Assembly: GCA_047495785.1 (NCBI GenBank)
Contig: JBLDXI010000032.1
Location: 2,542,001 to 2,606,000, forward strand
Length of the DNA stretch: 64,000 nucleotides
Direction: 5' to 3'
Source of the DNA: Lepidodermella squamata
Lineage: Eukaryota; Animalia; Gastrotricha
Within the stretch, counting starts at the first letter, position 1. Every line of letters starts with the position of its first letter. Positions 47,102 to 64,000 of the stretch are shown here, one piece after another. The notes beneath the pieces were generated by a model. It saw only the letters and a list, made by a program, of their open reading frames with translations. It was not told the DNA's origin and did no database searches. The position numbers were made by a program, and so were the translations under genes.

Positions 47102-47968
47102 TCAGGCAGTGAATGATGGCGTTTTTTTGATCATCTCTGCCAAGCGTCGTCGCAGAGCAAGAACGCGACGCTCTTGACCAGCAACATCGTCCTCTGAGAT
47201 CGGAACTACTTGCGCGAAAGGTTGGTCGACGTTAACGGACAATCCAGATGCGTCAGCCCTCTGACCTGTGATTGGTGGTCTACCGGCGAGAAGCTGTGCG
47301 GCAACGCTCTCGACCAGAGATTCGGGATCGACAGTCGGCGTTGCGTGAGCAAGGGGCTTGACATAACGTCCAAAGTCGGCAACAGTAGTCTTCCGGCCCG
47401 TTCGAATATCAATGGGACGAATGTTATCGAGGCGCTTAATTCCATAAACCTGTCTAGGCACAGAGCCTTTTGCGCTAGTATCTGTTGGCCTGTTTTCAGC
47501 TCCCGAACCTTTAATCCCCGATCCGACCCTAATAAGAGTAACTGATCGCTCCGTGAGCATTTCTTTACGGCGCTTAATAGGCAGTACAGATGAATCCAAC
47601 GCAGCAGCCTTACTAACATCGTAAAGATTAGTGCTGCGGTTCAATTGATGAGTAACGTGCGAGGAAGAGCCACCATGAGCTGGAGCTGGAGCGTTTTGAT
47701 GGGCGGGGCGTGCGATGCTGCGTTGAGCGGTGTATCGACCGGTGAAAAAGTCAAAGTTAGTCAGGTCAACGCGATCACCAAGAAATTTTTGCAGCTCAGC
47801 TTTAGTGCGAGCTCGACTGCCATTGGTGTGACGATAAACAACCGAGGGTCTTGAAGTATTCGCAGTAAGACCATGAAGTGGGCTCAACTCTTCCCGCAGC
47901 CATCCAGTGGGCAACGCTGCGCATGGCTGGCTGCTTACTACGCGCTGTTGCATTCCTTGTTGAGCCAT
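47102..47968 (-). CDS. MBD2/3: Methyl-CpG-binding domain protein 2/3 (NuRD subunit) with degenerate MBD
   Basis: ALPTGWLREE...RTKAELQKFLGDRVDLTNFDFFTG (MBD), PRQVYGIKRL, NVDQPF, ISEDDVAGQERRVLALRRRLAE (p66-binding coiled coil). Confidence 0.88.
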   Translation of the reverse strand: MAQQGMQQRVVSSQPCAALPTGWLREELSPLHGLTANTSRPSVVYRHTNGSRARTKAELQKFLGDRVDLTNFDFFTGRYTAQRSIARPAHQNAPAPAHGGSSSHVTHQLNRSTNLYDVSKAAALDSSVLPIKRRKEMLTERSVTLIRVGSGIKGSGAENRPTDTSAKGSVPRQVYGIKRLDNIRPIDIRTGRKTTVADFGRYVKPLAHATPTVDPESLVESVAAQLLAGRPPITGQRADASGLSVNVDQPFAQVVPISEDDVAGQERRVLALRRRLAEMIKKTPSFTA

Positions 47969-48399
47969 ATATAATTTACTGCGATAAGATTAGCTTGTAA
48001 ATTAGAAATAAAACGTCTAAATAAACAATCAGAGGCTTGATAAATGAAATCCAAAGTCCAAATCGAAGGAGGAAGAGAGCAAAAAGCAAAAAGCAAGGCA
48101 CAGAAGACAGTGAGCCAAAAAGAGAAAGTGCTAGTGTTCTGCAAGCAGTGGAGGGGAGTGAGCTTCAACTTACGCCAATTCATAAGAACAAAACTAGCCT
48201 GGCAGCATTTCAATTTGGGACTCCCTATTCCTGTTCCAAGTCCGATCTTTGCGAGTCCCGATCTCAACGGATTCTTTACTAGATTCTAGATTCAACATCT
48301 GGAAGTGTAACACTGTACTCGTTATGGGTGTCGCTCAACACCACGGGTCAGGTAACAGGTGCATTGCTCGGCCTTACGACAGCCAAACTTTAAGCAAAA

Positions 48400-48900
48400 A
48401 AAACCCACCTTGGAGCCAAAACGAAAACAGAAAAAAAACTAAAATGTTCAGGCAAAATATATTACAAAATTTAGCATTATCAACAGATATCTAAAATTTT
48501 CACGGATTTATTATTAAAAGCATTGAAAAACAAATGAATACGCGCGCAATTTTTTCCGGTTTTTTTCGGGAATTCGAGATTTTAGGCGATGAATGATGAA
48601 TCCCGAGAGTCGGAGAGCTGACGTTGGATGGTGGCTGTCTCGTGCCGGTGACAGATGCAGTGGCTCTACTGGCTAGATTTACTTAATAAGTGATGACTAA
48701 GATATTGACGCTGAATATCTCCTGGGCGGCTTAAGCAATTAGAGGCATGCGGCATAAAGTAAACATGCTAACCAACGCGAACAGTTTGTGGAAGCCTTTT
48801 GCGCAGTCACATTTTCTTAGTGTTATTTTAAACAGTCGATGTGCATTCGGCGCTAAACTTATATTGTTTTTGTAGTATTTAAAATTGTCTCTAATAATTA
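48400..48900. promoter_or_regulatory. Probable bidirectional promoter between MBD2/3 (minus block) and the plus block
   Basis: Strand-divergence point with CGCGCGC and TTTTCCGG/TTTCGGG motifs at 48540-48570; inferred from geometry. Confidence 0.35.
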
Positions 48901-48907
48901 ATAGAAC

Positions 48908-49700
48908 ATGTCCGAAGATCCCTTGCAGCTTGGTCAGTTTATGATTTTGTTTTCCTTTGATTGAAAGTTGAACCAGCTCGTTTTAGTTGAAGCTTTTCAT
49001 CAGTTCTTCCCTGGGCAGAACATAGAAGAGCTTCCGGATGATTTTGTTGGCTTGATCGATTACTTCGAGAAATTCAAAGCTTCCCAGTCAGAAATTGAAA
49101 GACGAAATGTTATCGAAGTTGAATTTTTGAAGCCGTTGAGGTTGTTCAATCAACTCAATAATTTCTTTCATTGATTAATTCTCATCGTGAAATCTTTCCA
49201 GGGTTTGGTATGGAAATTCTTTAATGGAATCTCTGAGTGAAGGCGCTGTTGAACTACAAATGACTAAACAGAACCTGCTTGTCGGCAGCACCATTGAAGA
49301 AATCGTCGTTGAACTAATCGTTAATTTTCTTCAAGATTGTCTGACCTTCTTAGATCATGCTATTACATTGACTTGTGGATTGCCCACAAACTTTTTGGAA
49401 GTTTCTTATGATGAACTTAGGCAGCTAAGTTGCAATAATGAAACACTTCTACTTGACTGGAAAGCGCTGAAATTATTGCCACTTGCCAGCAATCTTCCCG
49501 ACGTTTCTTTGTTGAGTTTTGTGAACGATCAGTTGCTGCCATACGGCTGTGCTGGACTTTCTTGTGTCCACTCTGTGACGCGCGGCGGTAATGCGATAAG
49601 TATTGATGGGTTAAATGATCTGTGTGTTATTGACGATGTTGCCTTGAGGTTATTTGAGTGTTGCGAATCTTGGTGGAAAGCTCATCGGCCTGCTCGCTAA
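48908..49700 (+). CDS. Uncharacterised protein (about 3 exons)
   Basis: MSEDPLQL|VEAFHQFFPGQNIEELPDDF...LKPLR|VWYGNSLMESLSEG...CCESWWKAHRPAR joined by short GT-AG introns; no family recognised. Confidence 0.6.
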
Positions 49701-49759
49701 ATTTAACTATATTGATCGGGATAACTTGGAAGTCTTTTGTTTGTGTAGAATTTTATCTT

Positions 49760-50156
49760 ATGTTCAGAGGGCCAGTTGCTGCGGCAATTCGGAAAAAGTT
49801 GGCTGATTCTTTTAAGGTATTGTAAATTGAATTTTCCAGGTTATCATTTTACTTTACTTACTGTTTTTACTTTTCAGCCAACTCATTTGGAAGTTCTTAA
49901 TGAGAGCCACATGCACAATTCTCCTCCCGAATCCGAGCGATATTTCAAAGTGATTGTGATTTCCGATCAGTTCAACGGCAAATCTCTCGTTGAGCGCCAT
50001 CGTCAAATAAACAACCTGTTATCCCCTGAGTTGCGTTCGACCGTACACGCACTTTCTATTGTTGCCCAAACGCCCGATCAGTGGCAAACTGAAAAAGGCA
50101 TCTTCCCGAAATCTCCTGACTGTCGCGGCGGATCTCGACACGACAAGAGCAAATAA
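49760..50156 (+). CDS. BOLA1: BolA-like protein 1
   Basis: MFRGPVAAAIRKKLADSFK|PTHLEVLNESHMH...FKVIVISDQFNGKSLVERHRQINNLL...VHALSIVAQTPDQW...SPDCRGG; intron 49817-49877. Confidence 0.92.
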
Positions 50157-50609
50157 ATGGCTCGAGTCATTCAATATCGATGCGTGTTTGTCGCTATTAT
50201 GTTGGGCACATTTGCCGGTCTTTTAGCCGGGCGTTTTGATCCCTCATCGTCATTCGACTGGCTCTTAGTTTTCATCCCACTGTGGATAATAGATCTAGTT
50301 GCATCCATTTACCTGCTCCGAGATTTCATTCGTGTATGGCGCAGTCGGGCAAGCGGGAACGCTTTTGTCACCGGTAACGTCGGTAATCTTCGCCGTACCG
50401 CCTGGTTGTGCTGTGCTTCATTGTTACTAGCCGCTTTTAAAGCGCTTGTTGCTCTACGGTTGAACGCATTCAGTATGCCGGTTTCAGTAGCTTTAGCTCC
50501 TTTGATTATCGTTTTAATCGGCTCAGCCGTTGATATAATTTACCAAAAAGCAGGCCTGCAAAGGAGACCGACGGAAGGCGGAGAAATCTCGCCTATGCGG
50601 CCTGGCTAG
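50157..50609 (+). CDS. TMEM60: Transmembrane protein 60-like (TMEM60/185/203 family)
   Basis: Four hydrophobic segments; motifs RFD...DWLLVFIPLWIID and RRTAW resemble TMEM60 (KLD...NWFLIFIPVWIFD, KKKAW, from memory). Confidence 0.78.
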   Translation: MARVIQYRCVFVAIMLGTFAGLLAGRFDPSSSFDWLLVFIPLWIIDLVASIYLLRDFIRVWRSRASGNAFVTGNVGNLRRTAWLCCASLLLAAFKALVALRLNAFSMPVSVALAPLIIVLIGSAVDIIYQKAGLQRRPTEGGEISPMRPG

Positions 50610-50830
50610 TCATCTTGATTCGATTTATTACCGTCCGCGATGTTACTTATGTGCCCAATCGAATAAACCAGTACTTTCACGTTTCGCAAATAAAAACGGC
50701 TACTCAGATACCGGAAAACAAGCAGTGTCATGTATTATTTTTTGTACATCATAGGGACCGAAGAGGGACTAAATAATTGAATTTTTTACGCACGTCTGAC
50801 GGCTATCATCAATATATCCCTCTGTTATCC

Positions 50831-52198
50831 ATGGCTTCTGGACAACAATGTAAGTATACATATAGGCGTCAATTTAATTATCGATGTTGTGCCGTAACAA
50901 AGATGTTACTAAGAAATCGATATTTTCAGATACCAGCGACCATGCAGTCTTCGGCATCCCATTGGACTCCCTACCCGACAGTGCGCTTGTCCCTGATATT
51001 TTCGTGCCAAAAATAGTATATGACTGCGTCGAGTACTTGCGAAAAAACGCCCTGTGTTGCAAAGGATTATTCAGGTTTAATTGCCACTCAATTTATATTG
51101 CAAATATTCCGATTTAAATTTTTCAGAATGGCTGGTTTCGTTCAAAAACGGAATATCATTCGAGAGAAGCTGAATCGCGGCATTTCTGTAGTATTCGGAG
51201 AGGAAAATGGGATCAAAGAGAGCGTATCAGACTGTCATACTGTTGCCGATTTGCTGAAGCGGTTTTTGCGAGAGCTACCAGAGGCACCCGTCCCTCCGGC
51301 TGTTTTTCAATCCTACAAGCGAATGTTGGTAGCAGACGGTGCCACCGGAACATCAGTTACCCTTTTAGCTCGATTAGCAGATACAGTGCTCCCGCCTCTA
51401 AATTACAACCTGCTTAAATATCTCTGTCTATTTCTGAACAACGTGGCGCTTTTTCGCGACGAAAACGAGATGGATTCGTATAATTTGGCAGTTATTTTCA
51501 CGCCGAATTTTCTGCGTTTGCAAGAAGCACCCGAGCCGGCGCAGCTCGTAAAATCTGCTACAGATTGGGCAAAGGCTGAAGTTACGTTTGTCCGAGCCCT
51601 TATCGATCATGCCGATTTCATTTTCTGCAATCCGTACCAACCGCCGACTCGAGCACACGTTAAGGTGGTTTCAGCATCACCCTCTGTCCCAGTTAATTTC
51701 ACCGGTCCAATAAGCACCGAGTGGGAAGTCGAGTGGCAGAAGATTAAGAAAATTTATCGATCAGCGGAGGTACCTCGTTATCGGCCAGTTCGCTTCATTG
51801 AGCCTCCGATGAACCAAAAACCTCGAGACGTTTACACTGATTTCAGCCGTAAAGCTGAAACAAAGACGGTTATTCAAGTTAAGCTTGATCCTATACCACG
51901 ATGCGCTTCAGCTGCGCAGATTCATTTGAAACCTGTAACACAATACGCTAGTTCTGATAGCGATGTCTTGACAGATTCATACCAATCTATGTCACCATCA
52001 GTTTCATCCCATTCAACCAGTGCCACGAACTCGAGTGGGGATTTGTTATCAGTTTCCAGCCCGGCATCGAACTCTGGTAGAGGAGATGCGAAGACTTGGG
52101 TTAAAACTGTTTCCAGCCGCATTAATATGGCAGAGTCGGAAATGAATAAGCTGAAGAACGATTTCACGATGGTGAAAACCCGAATCGGCCACGTTTAG
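50831..52198 (+). CDS. Rho GTPase-activating protein (ARHGAP11-like)
   Basis: VFGIPLDSLP, GLF|RMAG (arginine finger), VADLLKRFLRELPE, ENEMDSYNLAVIFTPN; two short introns. Confidence 0.85.
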
Positions 52199-52461
52199 TC
52201 ATTTTTCTTGGCATACAATGAAACAAACATTCCTTTGTTTTTCTAGCTGAATTATGCAATTTCTTCCTTTCATACATTCCGCAATAAGTCTTTCAGTCTA
52301 TTGCTCCCTTGAATCTTTCCTATTTTTTTTAGTTGCTAGTTTTACCTTGTTGATACAATATTTTCATAAACCGGTATAGCACTTGCTTAATTTGTTTATT
52401 TTTTGTTTAGTGTTGTCTTGACCTCTTTTTTACTCCGTTTTTTCACATTGCGTGACCAACT

Positions 52462-53165
52462 ATGACCGCCACCCCGCCGCCTGCAAACAACGACGATTTT
52501 GTTGCTGACGACTCGCCATATCGCCCACCTCCTCCGAAATCAGTAGACGAAATCTTGAAAAGCGATGCTGCTGATGAAAGTTTGGTCAAATATAAGCAAA
52601 CACTTCTTGGCAATCAGCCGAATGTCATCGTGTTTCCGAACGACCCACGCACTGTTATCATTCAGTAAATTGATCCACCTTAACATTGTCTTTTTTTTAA
52701 CATTTTTCACGTGTTACAGAAAGCTTGGCATTGTGACGGAGGATCACCCTGAAATCGAACTCGACCTCACGGGCGACGCCTCCAAATTCAAGAAACATCC
52801 CGTTGTCATTAAGGAGGGCGTGCGATATCGAGTCAAGTTCTACTTCTACGTGCAGAGGGACATCGTAACTGGCTTGCGGTACGTGCATCAAATCGGAAAA
52901 GGCATTTTCAGTAAGCTGAATTATTTTGAATTCTCAAGTTTTTAAAGCATTCTGGTTTATTTTAGCTGAAAAGGAGACCCACATGATGGGCAGTTATGGT
53001 CCTAAATCTGAAATCCAAGTTTGCCAAACACCTTGGGACGAAGCTCCTGAGGGCATGCTGGCTCGTGGCTCGTACTCTGTCAAATCCAAGTTTGTTGATG
53101 ATGACAAGAAAGAATACGCCAGCTTCGAATGGACGATCGAAATTAAAAAGGACTGGAAAGACTGA
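52462..53165 (+). CDS. ARHGDI: Rho GDP-dissociation inhibitor
   Basis: YRPPPPKSVDEILKSDAADESLVKYKQTLLG, VIKEGVRYRVKF, MMGSYGPK, EAPEGMLARGSYSVKSKFVDDDK, WTIEIKKDW; 3 exons. Confidence 0.96.
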
Positions 53166-53866
53166 GCTAATTCTTAACTCTCACCTATCTTTTTAGCCTA
53201 GATTATCCACCTGACTAATGCAACTTGCAACTTGCCACCGCCACGCGTGGTTGATTTTTATCGAAAAAAAGTATTGCTTCGTTCCATTTTGCGTTCTCCC
53301 GTCATTTCCAATACCGCTTTTTTTCCAAACCGCGTTCTGTTCTGTGATTTTCGTTCGATGCTGCACCTTGCATGTTCTTATTAATCGATAGCTGTAGTTG
53401 TATTCTGGTGAATGACATTGACAACTCACGCGACTTTCGGAGCAATAATAATTTAGTGTTTTTCGTTTTCGTTTTTTACTACCAAATATTTCTTCGCTCT
53501 TGCTCCTCTTTCTATATCAGCCAAAACTATGTACGGAGATATTCTTTTTGAAACGCGAGATAAAACTAACATACCTATGTGTCGAATACCTGTGTTATCA
53601 GATTCAAATTTTTGGAATTAATAGTTGCTAGTTTTGACGTGCGCGTTATTTTACTAAAGGTTCTCTAATTCGGTGGTGTTTGGTGCTACCCGTGTCTCTC
53701 TCTATTGCTCGCAAAACGAAATCGAGCTTGAACATTATTATAATTATTATTATCATACGACGAAAATCGAAGCATGTTTCATAAAGTATCATGTTCAATA
53801 AAGGTGTTTTCAAAGCGTTCGATGCATGGGGTTAATTCAATTGTTCTTTTTACCAGAAGCAATACT

Positions 53867-55729
53867 ATGTTGCTTAGATTTGGTCATTTGAATTTATTTA
53901 TTCACCGTGCATTTTCGTCAAATGCTGCAAGAGACAAGTTTTGTGCCATCATCGGGTCCGGACCTGCCGGATTCTACACAGCTCAGGGCCTGCTGAAGGT
54001 GGAGTTTTGATCCGTAGCTACACTGAATATATAATAAATACTGTTTTTAAGGCGGACAACACGAACACGCATGTTCATATTTATGAAAAACTGCCGGTTC
54101 CTTTCGGTCTCGTGAGGTACGGAGTCGCCCCAGATCACCCCGATGTTAAGGTGAGGCATCAAGTGGCGGTAATTCACTCCTGAAACAAAGCTCAATTTAT
54201 CCTAGAATGTGATACATAAATTCACCAAAACAGCATCGCACAAAAATTTCCGTTTCTTCGGCAATGTAGAAATGGGCAAAGATTTCACGATCGAAGATCT
54301 TCGCACAGCTTACGATGCTATTGTATTGGTATGCTTTTCAATGTTTTTTTTGACAATTTATTTTCATGATATTTATATTCTGTAGTGCTACGGCGCTGAG
54401 TCGGAAAAGAAATTGAATATTCCCGGCGAAAATTCTCCTGGAGTGTATTCAGCCCGAAGCTTTGTTGGCTGGTATAACGGGCTACCGAATTTCGTTAATG
54501 TATGCAAGAATCTCGAAAATTTAACTTTCAATCTTAACAATTTTTCTAGTTGGCACCGGACCTGTCGAAGACTTCGGCTGTTGTGATTGGCCACGGCAAT
54601 GTAGCGGTTGATGTCGCAAGAATATTGTTGTCTTCCCCATCTGAACTTGCCGTAAGCTTTGATTTTTATGAATACTCTCATCCAATTTTTTTTATTTGCT
54701 AGAAAACTGATATAACTAGCGACGCTGTAGCTGCTTTAAGTAGAAGTAAGGTGCACACAGTATACCTCGTTGGTAGGAGAGGCCCGATGCAGGCCAGCTT
54801 CACCACAGGCGAATTCCGCGAGCTAATCAATTTACCCGGCGTCACTGTGCAGTTTGATCGATCGCATTTCGACGGCCTCAGAGAACGAATCAACGAAATA
54901 CCTCGGCCTAAAAAGCGCCTTATCGAATTGATGCTGAAACACATCGACGGCCAAGAGGGCAAACCTGTTCCGCAAAATAACAAAATTTTGAAAATCGAGT
55001 TTTTCAAGTCGCCGGCCGAGATTGTATCTGCTAATAACGAAGTCACCGGGGTCCGTTTCCAAAAAACAGCTCTGATGGTAAATAAAATTGAGAGAAATGT
55101 ATCAAATCGATTCTTCAACTTTCTGATTTAGAATCCTAGTGACATTTCAGCGGAGAGTAAAGTCAAAACGATAACGGATCAAGACGTTGTTCTGAGTGCC
55201 GGAATCGTAGTCAAAAGTATTGGATATCGAGGCGTTTCTATCGATCCGTCTTTGCCGTTTGACAACGCGACTGGTACAGTGGCGAATGACGATGGGCGAG
55301 TTCGAGGCATGCCGGGCGTGTATTGCTCTGGTTGGATAGCGCGAGGTCCAGTAGGGGTGATTGCCGATACCTTGGCGAATGCGACTCAAGTGTCGAAAAT
55401 GATAAGCAAGGATCTTGCCAGTATTTCAAGAGACCAGGCTGAAGCTGACCGGCGCGAGAAATTCCGGCAGTCTCTTTTGAGTAAACTTGAGGCTAAGAGT
55501 AAGCTACAATTGACTCATCCCGATATTGAAGCTATTATTTGAAATTTAAGGTGGAGGTGTGGTTGAATGGCCTGGCTGGATGAAAATTGACGCGTCTGAG
55601 CAGAAGTTAGCTGAACAGCTCATAGGGAAAAATAAACTGCCAGCTGATGGCAAGAAGCCTCGTGAAAAAATAACTGTTGTAGACAAAATGATTGAAATTG
55701 CACACAGCGATGGCATCGAAAAGAATTAG
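53867..55729 (+). CDS. FDXR: NADPH:adrenodoxin oxidoreductase (multi-exon)
   Basis: [87 protein letters not shown]. Start codon uncertain. Confidence 0.95.
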
Positions 55730-57181
55730 TTTTTCACTAGATTGTTGTCGATGATTATAGCCACTCACTCGTCTTCTTTCTCTAGCCGATTTTTCTATTC
55801 ATTGAACTTATAATTAGAATCGATCAATAAATCTGACGGGAACATTTGAAAGTGTTGCTTTTTTTATTTGATATTGTTTAGTCAAAGTATTTGACAGCGC
55901 CTTTTAAAATCAAAATCAACCTTTTCGTAACATTTCAAAATGAAAAAAATATATTCATAATAATCAACAAATAATGATACAAGACACAACTTTGCGCAGA
56001 CGGGTGCAGCCGATTTACATAGCAAATTATAACGGCTTTTTTTTCTCGCGGTGAGTGAAGCGTAATAATAATGTTCATATAGAAATCGAGTTCAATACAT
56101 GCCGCATTTACAGACGAAAAAATACAGAACACATTTTTGTTACATCAACAACCCATCTTTGGATCCAATGGAATCATTCTATAATTATACTTTTTTTCGA
56201 TGTACATCAAAAGCAATTCATTTGACGAGTGGTAGTATCAAAACATATTTTCACCCTCAAATAGACAACACACTCCTTTTTTTAAGAGAAAATTTCAGAT
56301 TCGTAGTATAATTCATACGATTTGATAGAAGTTATTACTATTATTTCTCTTGGGTGTATATATCGAGTGCGTTCCTATAGAGAATTCGCGGCTTTCGAAC
56401 GAAAGGAAAAGCGATCAAAAGCGAGAGCGTTGTTTTTTATTATAATTATTAATACTTGCGAACACTGGAAATGACGAAGCTTTTTGACGGAAAAAATAAT
56501 TCCAATATTATTATTACTATATAAGAAAAATGGCAACAAAACTAAAGAAAGGCCTAGAAACTTCTGCAGGTAGCGGCGATATTAATAATAGTTAAAGGTG
56601 AATGTAGGCTTTTTCACCACTCGAGGTGCGAGGAGCATAATTACCACTGGATGCTAGCCTAAAATGCGCACAAAGGCTATGGCGCATTGACGAAAAATGA
56701 CGAGTAAAAAAACGCAAAATACTATATGTCACCTGGACGATCATAAGACAGAAAAAGTCGATAACGATTTTTAACGTAAAAAAACACAAACACGCATGGA
56801 AAAGGGCCATTTTGTTCAACAAGACTGAAAGCTCATAAGAAAATCGCTGTGTTCATGTAGATCATTTGAAACCAAAAATAGGAAATGAAAGGGTGACACG
56901 AAATCAGGATTGTTTGATTGATTTCACAAGGCGGTGTGCAGTGGTGGAGTGAATCTTATACTATAACATCCGCATTAACATTTGAGCCGAAATCGACACA
57001 CTTTCACGCGAAATTAGGTTTCCATTATAACGCTAGTCTGCGATCCGTAATCAGTTTAATATTAGAATGAGCGGTTTGGCTAAATTTTTCTTCATTATTT
57101 ACAGTCAGTTAATTTATAATTTGTTGCAGAGCGGGACTAGCTCCTTTTAACGTAAAAAGGCTTGGGCTTCTTCGGTATTTG

Positions 57182-62927
<5,746 letters not shown>

Positions 62928-63919
62928 CTAAGTAGAAGTCGTACATCTAGCAAATACTGATTTCTGAGGCATTAGCAAAAAATAACGTGGAATCAATCAT
63001 GAGTCACAATTAATGTACCTTACATGCACGTATTTCAACGTTACAACGCTGCAAAAAAACAAGCTGGAATCTGAGCACTGAAATGCACACTACTAGATGA
63101 ATGGAAAGACATCACCTCATAAGTATTATACATACTAGTAAAGAGTAAAATCAAGGTAAATAAGAGGGAGTTGCTTCCATGAATATAGCAGTCAGATAAA
63201 TGAAAAGAAGAGCAAGTGCGAGCCACTGCAATACGAATTTCGCGAGAATGAGTAACTTACAAGATAACTTACAATGAGCAAAATATAGCGTATGTTTTAT
63301 AAGATTATGAGACAAGGCGGAAACTAGTGACATTAAGTGACTTTCGTATATCTGCAAGCGCCTAAGAACATTAATTACTTGGGTGGCAATCTTAGTTTCC
63401 CTTCAAGTGTGTACAATTTACTGCCCGTTATTTTAAAGATGTTTTCGAGCATGCGCCGCGATTTAAGCTCATTCAAGTTAAGATGCAATAACTGGAGAGC
63501 TAACTAAACATCGTATGATCTAACCTAGTCGTATGGCATAACATATCATAAGCACCAAATCAATAAGATGCGATAACTAATATACGATGCGTTTCGATCA
63601 CTATGCTGTGCCGAAGTGATCAGCTGTGCATGAGCAGAAACAGACAGCGGAAAATTTCATTGAAGTTAACGCTAGCCTACGAACTGAACAGTGGTTTGCA
63701 GGGGTATAGGAAGCACAGGGAAGTTTTCAGCTAACAGATGGTTGGCGGGACGTTCAGTAACATCTCCAGCCCCATGGACTGAAGTTAAAGACGCTGCCGT
63801 TGCCTGGCAGCAAAGAATAATTAATTAAAATTGGGTAACAAAACATGAGTATAATATGATTTCGATTATTATTTAATTTACACAGCAATTAACTTGCCGC
63901 ATCTAATTTATTTATGTGG

Positions 63920-63978
63920 GTTGTGCGTTGTGCGGTTATGCGTTTGTGCGTTTGTGCGTTGTGCGTTGTGCGTTGTGC
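63920..63978. repeat. Short tandem repeat (TTGTGCG)n-like
   Basis: gttgtgcgttgtgcgg...tttgtgcgtttgtgcgttgtgcgttgtgcgttgtgc. Confidence 0.7.
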
Positions 63979-64000
63979 CGCAGCGGCGCTTATGGTCTTC

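Noticed and set aside
48590-48760. Possible C/D box snoRNA (ATGATGA/GTGATGA with CTGA)
   Set aside because: No terminal stem or recognisable rRNA-antisense element; would need Infernal or snoscan.

Overview
Eukaryotic (invertebrate animal-like) genomic DNA from a very compact genome: about 29 protein-coding genes in 64 kb, mostly 42-62 nt GT-AG introns, and by eye no CpG depletion. Genes form long same-strand blocks: minus 1-10.8 kb, plus 12.1-38.7 kb, minus 40.4-48.0 kb, plus 48.9-55.7 kb, then a minus-strand CDKL gene with a nested antisense gene. Gaps are often very short (0-200 nt) and carry unpaired 3' splice acceptors before the ATG, suggesting trans-spliced operons. Recognisable genes: RNF216-like RBR E3, SKP1, NDUFB10, RABGAP1, CIAO3/NARFL, HGSNAT, HADHB, RMC1, ZFAND4, MBD2/3, BOLA1, TMEM60, a RhoGAP, RhoGDI, FDXR, CDKL2-like and a GALNT-like pseudoenzyme. 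Two local ubiquitin-system expansions stand out. (1) Four tandem chimeric genes fuse the N-terminal CUE/UBA-like modules of the adjacent RNF216-like ligase to ankyrin repeats in place of the RBR domain. (2) A nine-member array encodes highly diverged ankyrin-like/SOCS-box (ASB-like) proteins. There is also a TTAA-flanked piggyBac-type non-autonomous element and a zero-spacer BOLA1-TMEM60 junction. Exon boundaries were derived by hand, and family assignments rest on remembered motifs, not database searches.
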